The notes beneath the pieces were generated by a model. That model ran no database searches. It was not told the origin of the DNA and worked only from the letters and a program-made list of their open reading frames with translations. The position numbers were made by a program, and so were the translations under genes. Shown here piece by piece: positions 38,832 through 50,881 of a stretch of DNA of 64,000 nt. Origin of the DNA: Pelomyxa schiedti (Eukaryota; Protista; Evosea); assembly GCA_020536535.1 (NCBI GenBank), contig JAHLWZ010000571.1:1-64000 (forward strand), given 5' to 3'. How positions within the stretch are numbered: the stretch's first letter is position 1; every line of letters starts with the position of its first letter.

Positions 38832-39737
38832 TGTTGGTTGGTTTTTTCGAAAGGTGTTCTCGAAACGGCAAGACGTTTTTCTGGAGAGTTCAAATCACTT
38901 GGGAAGGCCAAGTTGGTTTTGAAGGGAAGAAGTTGTGGGCACACCATGGGTGTTAGTTTGGGTCTTTTCTTTCTCCATCTGCTAATTGCTCATTGAAAAA
39001 GGGGTTCGAAATTGGTTTTTTGGTTCAAACCCAAAGCTTCTACAATGGAGCCCTCTAATTGTAAATTTTTAAGCTCCAAATGAGAGAAAAGGAAAGATTG
39101 TATTGGATACTTACTTGACTATACATAAATCAACAGGAGCACCAACAGAACTCACGGGTTCATTTGTCAACAGCCTCATCTCTGTGCTGGATGACAAGGA
39201 GTTTGAACCCCCAATTGGGCCTGTAGAACCCCAAAGGCCTTCTGGTGGGACAAACTCTACACCAGCATCATCGACAACACTGCGGCTCACCTCCGCAGAG
39301 TCACCACCAACACTGCACCCTAGGGGATGATGGATTCAGGCATCATCCTTTAGATTATTGTAACTCACCTGTGAACCAATTAATAAATATTGTTTGATGT
39401 AAAAATGGAAAGCTATTTTTCCTTTTTGACAAAACAAATGAGAGGTGTGTAAGAGTGGTGGTCTAGGAGAGGGACGTTGTGGACTGAATAGTGTTGCTGT
39501 TCTCATATGTTTGTGTTTGCTTATATAACAACTTTGTCTTAACTATTTACACGATACAGAGGGGGTTTATAAGGTGGGTCGGTTGGCTGGTGCCTGTTAG
39601 CTTGAACGCACTCGTTCCCGTGAATGACCATAATTAGTTGGCCAACTTGGCGCCCAATCACCGCGGCGAGATTCCCTGAATCCATCGGCCATCACTCCTC
39701 ACAGGTGCATTAACACGAAGGTCTATTGACAGCACAA

Positions 39738-40502
39738 TTACAGGTTGTGATGGATTCCCCTGAGACAAAACTCACAGTCCTCTTTTTTGTGTGCTGAAGC
39801 TGGGTTTGACTGAGGTTGTTTTCTTGCTGAGTGACCGTTAGAGGGGAAAACTGAGTGTGGGTATGAGGTGACCTGGTCTTACTGTGAGAGGATTACAGAG
39901 CTTCAATATGAAGTCTGTAAGTCTGCTCTCCTCCACATCGTAAAGGTGTGGTATAGCCCAAGCGTCTTTGCATCTGAGGCACCTTTGTTGTGCCAGTTCA
40001 ACCCAAAATTCCTGCCGTTGTCTTGATCTGGTATTTTTGGTGAATTGTGTGAGAATACATACACACACTAGTAGTATGAATACATACTACATACACATAA
40101 ATAAGTGCGTGAGTCTCTATTGATGTCCACGTATTTGGACATTTGCGACAGTAGAACTTTGCCTTGTAGTTTTGAATTACCTTTGTGACCCTATTGTCAT
40201 AGGATGCACACTGACACGTGGCATCAAAACCGGTCTGTTCCACAACAGTGTTAAACACACCCTCCAGCATCTATTTGCAGTTTCATACAAGCAAACAGAA
40301 ATAAAAGGAAGGTGGGTACCTCTTCCCATGCAACCTGCCACGGTTGTACTGACGGTTGTTGTTGTATTTGCCGTGGTGCTGGCCGCGGCTGTGGTTGTGC
40401 CTGTGGCAGTGGCTGTGGTGCAGGTGGAGGAGATAGAACTCGAGGGGGTGGCAATGTCTCCTTCTGTTGGAGAGGGACCGCCTTAAACAACCATAGACCC
40501 AT
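39738..40502 (-). CDS. 3CxxC-type zinc-binding protein (RTP/ZAR1-like)
   Basis: KFYCRKCPNTWTS, QQRCLRC, HKKEDCEFC: three CxxC pairs with the WxS and HxxxxCxxC motifs. Confidence 0.8.
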
Positions 40503-40536
40503 CTGGCCCCACCCGGCAAAAGCGTTTGGCGAATTG

Positions 40537-42109
40537 ATGCACCGACACTTGGTGGCACTGTCGACGCTGCTGTTTGTTGCTGTGTCATTGTGTGATGACC
40601 GCGGTGGTAGAGGCGGAAGAAGTGCGGCACCGGTGATAGGATGGGAGTTCCTTGAGGAGGAGGGAACCATGTGGTACCGGTACTCCCCGACGTGCGTGCA
40701 TGTAGGGCCCGGCGGCGGCGATGGTGCGTGGACCAATAGTGCGCGGGGGCGGGACGCAGTGCGGTACATGTACTATTGCGCAAACGTGGTCGATGGCGAC
40801 GTAACTGACCGTACCTTGTTGACTGTGTGTTGTGTCTGTGTGGCTGTGCGACTCTGGGTGTCATCGCACATGGTATCATGCCGTTTATGCTCCTCCTGTT
40901 GTTCGCGCGTTGTTGATGATGATGGGCTCCCTTGGGGATTTTAATCACTGCCAGATATTGTGGCACGACAGGCTGACCTAGTGGATGGTATTTTCGTTTA
41001 CCAGCCAAGTGAAACTGTGATGCTAGCCCCAGGCATGGTTCTTTTTGTTCTTACGTCACTTAGTTACTAAAGTAGGAGGTTCATCCAGGCGGCATGTGTG
41101 CGATCCAGGTATGTGAACGAATCCCACTTTGGTTGGCAAACTAAGATCGTGAACCAGCTATCCTTGCTGGGAAGTTCACTTTTACTGGAGAAGCGTTCGT
41201 GTATGTCATGTTTTTCACGGGTGAAGATATTGAGGGTGGCCCTAACTCTGTCGGGGCAGCTCTGGTAAATGTGTTAAGCCTGTAATTTTTACAACCACAT
41301 AGGCAAATGACCTCATGGGACCTTGGACTATGCTCCCAACTCCAATTATTTCAGCCCCAGGGAATAGTGCCTGGGGTGTGGGCCAACCAAGTGCCACGAG
41401 TGTGGATGGTCAAGGTAAACTCTTGCTCTTCTATAGTAGGGGCACCACAAATGAGACATCAACAAGATATCAATATGTACGGTTCCTTTCTGCAGGTTTT
41501 TTATGTAACACGAACATTGCAGATGGATTTGAGCGTCGTGGATTCTCCAATCGTTTTCAATGATTCAGCAGTCCCGCTGGGCGGGCTTGTCACCAGTGAT
41601 GGAACTGTTGATAGCACAAACCATGACAACTCAATCACGTATGATGCACCGACTGATACCTTTTGGATGGCAAGGTTTGAAATCACCTTTCCCCACCAAT
41701 TCTCAATTCAGCCAGGGTAGCACATCCATTTCCAGCCAGTTGCCCAGACTTCATCTCGAGTTCTTTGCAACTCTACTCTATACCAGTGCGTCTTCACTAT
41801 ACACCACTCCACTAAATCATAAACTTCAAGGGATCTGGAATGTGGGAGGGCACTGGAAAGTGGACATTACATGCACAGTACACACAGCCACCACTGCCAT
41901 GGGACCGATTATTTGACCCTGGTCTTATACAAGGAGTCTATGGTACAAGTGTATTTGATTCTCCCAGCAGCATACTGGCCAGTGTCTCTTGGGAATGTGA
42001 TCCAAACTCTCCTGACCCTCTCAATTGGCTATGGAACTACAGAATACAAGAGGTTACCGGCACCATGAATCGTATGCTACATTATGATAGTAAACAGAAA
42101 ATTAAATAA
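40537..42109 (+). CDS. Secreted five-bladed beta-propeller glycoside-hydrolase-like protein
   Basis: Signal peptide MHRHLVALSTLLFVAVSLC; YRYSPT, YYCAN..GDVTD, HVCDP, GPW, WGVGQPS, LLLFYSRG. Confidence 0.6.
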
Positions 42110-42317
42110 ATTTCAATTACCGAAATTAAATTTCAATTACAGTGAGTGCGGGGTGATGGCAAGTATAACGTCTCAGTTGTAACCTTCAACTTCGCGTCAC
42201 GCTGCTGAATAACCAGGAGACCCTTGCACACCCATAATCCCGCATGCACCTACTAGGGAAGAATAGAAAGATGACACATTCGCCCCTTTTCGTGGAAGAA
42301 GAACTCGTGAGCGCTCA

Positions 42318-43670
42318 ATGAGGAAGCACAGCACCAGCACCGCCGGCCACATCACACACACTTCCGCCGGGACAGGCACGTGCCGGAACCAGTTCGCGGC
42401 GCTACTGGCGTCGTCGCTGCCGCGCTGCGGGGCCGCCAGCCCGGCGCGCCTCGCCGCGTCCAACTCGCCCCTGATGCTCTCCATGTGGCGCGAGCTCTTC
42501 GCCGCGCCGTCCGCGGCGGAGGCCTTCGTCGTCTCGGCCAGGCTCGGGCCGCACCGCGGCGGGCGGGGCTCGCTCGTCGCCATCTCGCTGTGCGTGTCTA
42601 CCGTGACCCTGGGCGTGGTGCGAGGCCCCGCCGTCGTGCACAGCCTCGACCGCGGGCAGCAGGCTGAAAAGTGGATCGGCCCCAACGAGTACCTATGGCA
42701 GGTGTATAGCCCGTCTATGTATTCCCCGAGGAAGCCAGTTCCATCCGGTGTGTATGCTTTTTGTTGCCCAAGTTCAGGAGCAGCAGCAACAGAAGAAGAA
42801 GAAGCAGAAGGAAGTGTTGCTGCTACTCCAAAAAGTGGTGATTCTGGAGGTGGTGGTGATTGTTTGTCGATTCAAGGAGGAGGAGGTGGTGGTGGGGTGC
42901 TCCAAACTTTTTGTCGGTTGGATGCTGGCATCACCAACAGCAAGTGGGTTGTGACTTGGCCGTGGGAGAGTGGATATTTCTTGTTGATTCACAGGGTCCA
43001 TCACAGTCAAGATAATGACACGAGTGGGAGTGGTACATTGGAAGGCGTCCGTGATATGATACCGCTGGGTATAGATGCCAGGGGAGCCATTCGCGTTGCC
43101 CTGAGCTGGTCAAACCCAGATGAGGCATTGATCTTGAGCTGTAAAAACGATAAGGCGCAGTTCACCTTGCTTGACTTGCCAATGACATACAGCACTGGCA
43201 GACCAGTGGTGTTGGTATCAACAACAACTCAGTGGCCGGGGGAAGATGGCGTGGAGTTTGTTGTTGGTCTTCTCATCATGAAGAATGGTGCTGGGCAACC
43301 TGTGTTTATTTACACAAACCGCCGAGTGGTCTACCATCTGGATCCTTGCACTGGGGTAAAGACTCAACTCACAAAGCTGAAAGAAGGGCGCTGTTGCTTC
43401 TCTCAAGTGAGTTCATCAGTGTTCTGCATCGGGTTGGAAGAAACATACGAACTGTGGGACTGCAACAATGTGGTGGCACAGCCGTTGCTGAGGGCAGTTC
43501 ACAGCGACAAGAGGTTCAGGCAAGTTGTTGGTGGGAGAGGGTTCTTGTTTGCAGTCACAGATAACAAGAACGAGATTCTAGTGATAGATGCAATGTCTGG
43601 TGTCATTGTTCTCACAATTGTGGTCTCGTCGCCAATCAACATGATCCACCCAGAGACTTCCTTTTTGTGA
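42318..43670 (+). CDS. Lineage-specific family hypothetical protein (intronless)
   Basis: 450-aa ORF sharing motifs with paralogs at 11.7-12.7 kb and 54.5-55.3 kb. Confidence 0.75.
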   Translation: MRKHSTSTAGHITHTSAGTGTCRNQFAALLASSLPRCGAASPARLAASNSPLMLSMWRELFAAPSAAEAFVVSARLGPHRGGRGSLVAISLCVSTVTLGVVRGPAVVHSLDRGQQAEKWIGPNEYLWQVYSPSMYSPRKPVPSGVYAFCCPSSGAAATEEEEAEGSVAATPKSGDSGGGGDCLSIQGGGGGGGVLQTFCRLDAGITNSKWVVTWPWESGYFLLIHRVHHSQDNDTSGSGTLEGVRDMIPLGIDARGAIRVALSWSNPDEALILSCKNDKAQFTLLDLPMTYSTGRPVVLVSTTTQWPGEDGVEFVVGLLIMKNGAGQPVFIYTNRRVVYHLDPCTGVKTQLTKLKEGRCCFSQVSSSVFCIGLEETYELWDCNNVVAQPLLRAVHSDKRFRQVVGGRGFLFAVTDNKNEILVIDAMSGVIVLTIVVSSPINMIHPETSFL

Positions 43671-43764
43671 AAAGTTGAAAAACTGTTTTTATTTTTCAAC
43701 TTCAGTTGCCTTCTTTGTCATTACTGTGCTAAGATAACATCTGTTTGTGGAAAACGCATACTTA

Positions 43765-46308
43765 TCAGAACCAGTGGACAGGGGAAAGAAAGGAGAGGAT
43801 GAGGTGGACAGTGTTTCTAGGTAGCCTCCCAATACAATGGCCTGATGAGGTTGCAGATTCCAGACATAGGTTTGTTGTGTTGCGGAGCCAACAGAGGAGT
43901 ACAGTCCTGAGGATGCGAACCTTGAACCACCACGGGAACAGATCGTGTTTCCGTGGGTCCCACGTTGGTGCTGCATTGAAGAACCGGGCCACACTCGGGT
44001 GGCGCGCATCAACAAGCTCTCTGTCCACCTCCAGTAAACCTGCAGAGTCGACAGCGTATGCAGGAAGTGAAACACCATGGCACAGAAGCAAATCAGCAAT
44101 GTCGGCACAGTTTCTCTCAAAAGCACGAACAAGGACATCACAGGGAATATGACCTGGTTCACAGAGGGGGAGAAGTTGCTTAACTGACCCCGAATATCCA
44201 CAGATAACACACCACTCCAGAACTGTACCACTAAAGGTTCCACCAAAGGTGGCCAGAGCTGGGTCTGCTTGGCACAGAATCATCAGGTTCCTCACTTGTT
44301 CGGTGTGCTCATTGAGGTGGAGTCTACGCATCAGCCACTTCAATACTATCTCAATGCTCCGAGTAATTTCGGAGCTTTGCAGCACTTTGTGGTCGTTTCC
44401 ACTGTCTGGCTCAGAAGACAGACCCCGAGGCAACTTCCTTGGCTCTGAAGGAACCAATGGCTGCAGTACAATTTTCAGCAGTGCCTTCAACAGTGGTGCT
44501 GACCTTCGTTGTTTTTCAGGCTGTGGATAGTTCAGAATGTTCTGCAGGAGCGCTCTTCTGTCTGTCACATCGACGTTGGCCAGCAGGGAAACCACAGCTT
44601 CCTCGTTGGTCTCAACCATGTTCGGGGATATGAGGCAGTATTCCGCAAGTGTGGAGAGACAGTGTGAGGAAGCGCAAGGCTCGGCTTGAGTTGTTTGCAG
44701 AATCAACATATAACGGGCAAAGATACAGCGTTGATCCAAACGAATAGTACTGACATACATCTGGTGCCGTAATGCCCCCCGGCAGTAAAACCCAACTGCG
44801 TACAGGAAAGTGCCTGACGAGTCAATTCGTTTGAGAGATGCCTCCCTGTGTTCTTCATGTATCACATCTGTACGGAGAGGAAAGCCTCTGATTTTTGCAG
44901 CACAAAACTTCAACATGTGAAACAGAAGTCCATCCCTCCCTTGGTTGTGACTCTCCAATGCCATTTCAAACAAACGTTCAATGGAGGTCGCGGAACGCAA
45001 CATGTCAAACACCCTTCTCAATGAGAATAGAACCTCGAGGCTTGGTGGTGAGTCCTCATCACAAGCAAGCATGAGGGCCTTCATCACAAGGTTTTCATTG
45101 ACGGTCCCTCCTGTCACAATCACAGGTATGATCATCAAGGCGGAAACTACCTCAAGGAACATGTTGCTTCCTTCAATGTGCTCCTCCGCGAACTGAAGAA
45201 CAGCCTTGTGCCCATTCAGCGGATCAACATAGCACAGCATGTTAAACGTGGAAAGTACGTCCTCAATGAACCACACGAGGTCATCAACGCTGGATTCCAG
45301 CTGTGAAAACCTGTAACAAAATCGGAGGAGGCCACTGATGATGAGAGTTGTGACATTGCTCTGCATGAGCAACACAACAGCGTCCTTTGGTGCATAGAGC
45401 AACAAAAGGTCCCATCCATAAACAAAGCTAAGAAGAGGGTTCAAAAAGCTGGATTCTGTGATTCCAGAGAGCTTCGACAGGAAGGAATCACAGGCATTTT
45501 GGACAAAATGTGGAAGCACTGGCCACAAGTTCACACAGCACGTGAGAATCCCTTCCCGCCAACTAAGTGGTCCCCTGCTCACTACCAATTGCAATTGGTT
45601 TTCAAATGGAACGAAGAAGTGCCTGCAGTTGGCACTCCACATCAGCTTCTCGAGCAACTGTGTGGATTCGTACACCGCAGTCAAGTTTGGCCCCTGGCAA
45701 TGGTCCCTCGATGCCATCTCGAACAACCGGCCAATGAATGGCCCAATGCACACAGGCAACAGTTCGTTGACAGCTTCAAACCCCGATATGAGCGAATTCG
45801 CTATCTCATCAGCGCAGGAACAAGCCAGCAAGTCAAAGTGCCGCCGGAGCTCGTCGCCCATGCCGTCGGTGGCGCCAACTCCCACAATCTCCCTTACGGA
45901 GTGCAACAGCTGCCACATCTCGCGCGGCCCGCGGCCGAGCCGCCGCATGCGACGGTGGAAGTCCTCCACGAAGGAATCGAGGCCCCCCGACGGCGGCCCT
46001 AGGGCCCAGCGGACGCGGCGCGGATCCTGGAGCTGGGCCACCGCCTTGGCCTCTATTCTCCCGCGCTCCGCCGCCAGATCGCCCTCGGCGCCGCCGTCGG
46101 CCATGTCGCACCACGCGCTTATTTCCGGGGTAATCGAGCCTGGCTCGTCCGCGTCCGCGTCGAACACGCACTCGTCGTTGTACTTGTCGCACCGGGGGTG
46201 GGCACTGTAGATCCGCTCCTGCCTCACACAATCTTCTTCTGGGGTGTCGCTTTGGCTATCGCTGTCGCTGTCGCTCTCGCCGCAGTGCGTCTCCCTGATG
46301 AAAATCAT
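43765..46308 (-). CDS. Large intronless helical hypothetical protein with a C-terminal F-box-like motif
   Basis: ~850-aa ORF, Leu-rich and helical; ends RLPRNTVHLILSFL. Confidence 0.7.
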   Translation of the reverse strand: MIFIRETHCGESDSDSDSQSDTPEEDCVRQERIYSAHPRCDKYNDECVFDADADEPGSITPEISAWCDMADGGAEGDLAAERGRIEAKAVAQLQDPRRVRWALGPPSGGLDSFVEDFHRRMRRLGRGPREMWQLLHSVREIVGVGATDGMGDELRRHFDLLACSCADEIANSLISGFEAVNELLPVCIGPFIGRLFEMASRDHCQGPNLTAVYESTQLLEKLMWSANCRHFFVPFENQLQLVVSRGPLSWREGILTCCVNLWPVLPHFVQNACDSFLSKLSGITESSFLNPLLSFVYGWDLLLLYAPKDAVVLLMQSNVTTLIISGLLRFCYRFSQLESSVDDLVWFIEDVLSTFNMLCYVDPLNGHKAVLQFAEEHIEGSNMFLEVVSALMIIPVIVTGGTVNENLVMKALMLACDEDSPPSLEVLFSLRRVFDMLRSATSIERLFEMALESHNQGRDGLLFHMLKFCAAKIRGFPLRTDVIHEEHREASLKRIDSSGTFLYAVGFYCRGALRHQMYVSTIRLDQRCIFARYMLILQTTQAEPCASSHCLSTLAEYCLISPNMVETNEEAVVSLLANVDVTDRRALLQNILNYPQPEKQRRSAPLLKALLKIVLQPLVPSEPRKLPRGLSSEPDSGNDHKVLQSSEITRSIEIVLKWLMRRLHLNEHTEQVRNLMILCQADPALATFGGTFSGTVLEWCVICGYSGSVKQLLPLCEPGHIPCDVLVRAFERNCADIADLLLCHGVSLPAYAVDSAGLLEVDRELVDARHPSVARFFNAAPTWDPRKHDLFPWWFKVRILRTVLLCWLRNTTNLCLESATSSGHCIGRLPRNTVHLILSFLSPVHWF

Positions 46309-46629
46309 TAATTTTTCAAACGGTTTCCGCACAGGAAGTCCGATCTTTTTCCGTTGATCAAGCTTTCCGAATCGCAGGCCTGGAGTGTGGAGAACTGAGC
46401 TCTCAAGTCAAAGTGAAAGCATCAACAATGAGAACCCGATCATCTCTCTCCAAGAACACAATCAATCCGGAATCACCTGGGTGCGCCCGATCTCCTCTGC
46501 CAACGCGCGAACTCTGCCAACGCACGAAGGCTCATGATGGGAGGCGAGCTGCCACCAAACCCCGCCATCTTTGATTTGTGGCACTTCGAGATCGTTAAAT
46601 ATCCTGGCATCGCACCCAATTTGTTTCCT

Positions 46630-49600
46630 TCACAGTTTCATAGGAGGTACTTGTGGTGGGTCAGTTGATGCAGTGGTACTAGTTTCACTTTGTGTTGGTG
46701 TGGGTATTGTTGGCTCCGGGGTTGTGGCGACGACGACACTGGTGCCAGTGTGCAAGTGTGATTCCATTATTGGGGAGGACCCAGCAGCCAAACTCTCAAG
46801 GGTGGGTCTTTCTCTTTCAAAGGACCTCCTTGGGCTTGAAACCCCTCTCCTGCCAAAGCTCCCGCTCCTCGTCAAATGCGGGGAGCCAGTGCTCGTTGCT
46901 GTTGCCGCAGTGTCCTCCGTTTTGACACAAGCCACGAGCCACAGGTCACCACGCTTGACCATGCCGTGGATTTCGCCCTCAAAGCCGGGGTATTGCTCCC
47001 AGAGGTTGGCGTAGTGCTTCATGAGGGTGCAGTGCATTTCCTCAAATACTTCCCCAGGCATCACAATGGGAATCCCGGGTGGGTATGGCACAATAAGCAC
47101 GGCGGATATTTTGCCGAGGAGCATGCTGATTGGGATGTACTGAACTGTGTGATTCACAAATGCACTGTAGGCCTGCAGGCAAACAATTAGCCATATTGAC
47201 CTTGAAAAAAGTGACTAACCTTGTACGGAGATAGCGACCTTGAAGGCAAGTGACATGCTACCTTGTTGCTCAGTGCTTCCCCTTCAACGAATCTATCTGC
47301 CATGTCTTCACATAGTTCCCGCAGTGAGGTATTCTTATTTTGGCATTGAGTAATTCACTCATTGTTTTCATAAAGAATACCTGGTATTCTGTATGGGTTG
47401 CCAAGTCTGGGAAGACCTCACCGACACTTGCATCAGAATCAAAGAACTGAAAAAGGCAATGTAAATGTATTTCAGTGTTGTTGACGGTGTGCACACCCTC
47501 TTGAAATTATGAAGCTCGGCAATGAGAGTTCCGGATTTGCCTCTGGAGAACAATTTAGTAAACCGTGGTGAAAGCAGACACTGACCTTGTTACACCAATG
47601 GTAAACAGAATCAAGAGAGTGAAGAATCCAGTTTTCTCCACAACGATGCCTCTTTGGCAAAGGAATCGAGAAACTACTGCAGCGGGGATATTAAGTGTCC
47701 TATCGGACCCGAGATGTTTTGTGAGAATAGTGACCTAAAATTGTCAGCTGGTTACATTTAGTGAGGGTTATTTGCCTTCAATGGATCCAACATGTATTCA
47801 CCGGCTCCAATGTTGTCAAAACCATGCCACGCCGGACTCTTTTTTTGTTTGATACGGTTATTGGTTTAATAGGGGCCAACAAGGAGTGGGCATGCCTGCG
47901 GTAAAATCCAAAAGGCTGGATCTTTTGTATTTGCGCGGAGAATGCCTTCAGGTTGCCATAATGAGAACCACCATGCATATTCAGGGTGATGGGTACTTCT
48001 GATGACCAATTCCTTGTAGGATGAATGGGTGTTATTTGTGGGCTAGCTAATATTGGCTTTTAAAAATACTTCAGATATTTGTGCCATCCTTTTCCTGAAA
48101 GCCACTGCCTCTTTTATGGTGTCGTGGAGCACTGATCTTCCTGAGAGCTCCATCATTGAGGCCTGCAGAGAATAGAGGAAGAATTCGTTAGTATCTTTTC
48201 ATTGAAAATATTACTGCCATTACGGAAAGTAAACAAACATACAGCGACATCAAGCGATGCTATGATGGTGTATTGTGGCGAAGTGCTTGTTCCCATCATG
48301 AAGGAGTTGTTGAAGTGGCTATGCATAAAATCGGCTGTATCAGACGCAGCCTGGTCAGGGCAGAAATTCAAAAAGCCTTGACTCTCTGCGTTTCTGATGT
48401 GCACCATTGAGGCTGGACGCAACACAACGTTGAGCAACGCAACCAAGTGAATGGAATGAAAGGGAAACCTTGTGAAAGTGCAGCCAAAACTTTGTGAGTA
48501 GACTGCGTTGCAAAAATGAGAATATCCTTTTCGCTCTCTGTGTCACTCTCCCCTTCATACACTGCAAACTGTTTCATAAAAAAGTTAACAAAGATGGCGC
48601 ATACAAATGTCTGACATGGCATGCCATCCATCATACAGGTGGTAGAAGTGGGCATACCCATACCATGCCTCATCAAACAATATGGACGATATCTGATCAG
48701 GATTGGCAACCTTGAGTTGAGTGTAAGAAAGTCGGAAATGAAGAGTACTAAATCAGTTTACCTGCATAATTTTTCGGACATTATAGCATATGCCATCATA
48801 TGTGGAATTTGTCAGGACACACAATTTCACTTTTTGATGCATTTGCATCTCTTTAAACCGACAAATTGGCACTGGCCCAATTATTCCAAACTCGTTTCTC
48901 TCTGGCTTTTTTCTTGTGTTAGATGGCTCCATAACACTTGGATTAGGCCATACCAACAAATAAACAGGGTTGGCATCAGACAATTGAATACTTTGCATAG
49001 AACTCTTATGGCTATTTCGATCCAATAGAACAACATCCCCACTGACCACTTCAGATTGGAAAACCATTTTATTTGCACTGCTTGTTCCATTGGTTACAAA
49101 GAATGTATGGTCTGCACCAAACACTTTTGCGGCATGTCGCTCCGCCTAGGGAATGCTCAGCACCCCAAACGAAATGTAGGGACGGAAAACAAACCGCCCC
49201 AACTGGATCTGTATGGTCCAACAGTGATCCAAGTTCAGGAACACTCACAGAGACATCAGCACTGAGAAAAGCAAGGGTCATTCAGATGATACAGAGGAAG
49301 AGAGATACAACTCACCGTAAAATATTTTCTCCCATGAAATCATAAAAGATTTTACCTAATTGATTGAGAGAGGTATGAAGAAATCAAGATAAAAAACCAA
49401 CAGGAGACCGCAAAAAAGCAACTCCACCCATGTGCCCTGGGGTATGCCATGAGTACTTGCAGGATCTGTTGTTAAAATGAATGCTGAGATAGTTTCTGAC
49501 GAAGTTTGCATACTTCGAATATTTGAGCAGTGCTTTAAAGAAAGGTGGAATTATGTCACTGATGTAATCTTTGGCATTGTTGAGAATTCTATTTGCAATG

Positions 49601-50645
49601 AAAATAGGTGTGTCCTCATTTTTCCAAATATAACCTCTGATCTTCGCCAACACCTTTTTTAGAACGGTAAAAATTCAGTTTTATTGGCTTTAGAATACTT
49701 TCAATGGGATACGGTCAACATGCATCCTATCAGTGCAGACGAAAATTGGCAGCTTCTTATTGCGTTTCCGCAATCTGGTTATGACATGTGTTGCAGATGG
49801 CACAATGGAGAGATTATGTTTTCGAAGAACAGCGGCCATTGGCTCATTGGCAGTGTGATCACGAAGAAGCGTTTCTATAGCAGCGTGAAAGGAGAAAAAC
49901 AAGACAGTCAAGCCTACCAACATTCTTCTGGAAGTTCAAGGGTACCACTACGTTGAATCCCTTTCGTTCAAGGGCTTGTAAAAAGGATCTTTTTTGGTGT
50001 GCCTTGCGCTTTTTTGGCATCACAATTCGATGTGCCCTATTGTCAAGGATCAAGGTTATTACAGATGTACCGATGGGGTGATTTACGTGAAATCTTTTGC
50101 AAGTAAGTCGTGCTCATCAGCGCCAATGACACCAGAGTGTGCCTCCCAATCAAGCAAAACTAGCTCTAAGGTAAGGCTGCGCCCAAAACAAAATAGAGTT
50201 TCCTCACCTGCACTAACATCAACATTTGCACGTAAATCTTCCACAGCATCTGTAAGTGTCTCTGAAACAAGAACTTCTGCTCCCAGCTTCAATGACAAGT
50301 TAGTTTCAAGGAAGAAATGCAAGTTACTCAAACCTTTTCAAGTTCGAACATGATTCCTCTCATAAACCTTATCGAAGCCTGTGAGTTATGAACACCACCA
50401 TAACTGATGTTACTGGAAGACTGAGGATTATGAATAGATGAAGACGACGAAGAAGAAGAGGAGGAGGAGGAGGAGGAAGAAGAGTGATGCCTGCCACCAA
50501 CTGACCCAATTCCCAATTGTTGCCGCTGGTGTGACAGTGGTGTCAGGCTGTGGTTACCGTGCGTAATTGTGGGAGGCGACGACGCCGTAGTTGGCGCCCC
50601 TCCGAGCCCCGATTCTGGGAAAGCAACGGTATCAGGGGTGCACAC
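46630..50645 (-). CDS. Bacterial-type PLP-dependent Orn/Lys/Arg decarboxylase (AdiA/LdcI family), with introns
   Basis: YSWHTPGHMGG, ELGSLLDH, FVTNGTSSANK, DRNSHKS, TNSTYDG, FDEAW, TQSTHK (PLP lysine), TSTSPQY, PYPPGIP. Confidence 0.93.
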
Positions 50646-50881
50646 AATGACCTATTCAACCAAAAAAAAAAGAGATTGTATGTACGGGCACAAACGAAAA
50701 CCCAACTCGAAATTGTGGGTTGCAGTGGTGGGAAAATGGGGGAGTTTTTACCTTGACGCGTATGTCGAGGTTAGTGCTCATCGTAGTTTGATTGGTTGGT
50801 GTTGTGACTTTCCGTGAAAAATCAAACTCGGAGGTGCACCCACGAACTTCCCAAAAGAAAAGCAAAATAAAAAAAGTTACG

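Noticed and set aside
38249-38922. Overlapping plus-strand ORFs up to 222 aa
   Set aside because: Antisense to the GC-rich metzincin exon, which carries the real motifs.
39000-39040. ggttcgaa B-box-like motif
   Set aside because: No tRNA stems or A box can be built around it.
40503-41008. Minus-strand ORFs extending the 3CxxC gene upstream
   Set aside because: They overlap the plus-strand signal-peptide exon of the glycosidase-like gene, which explains the region better.
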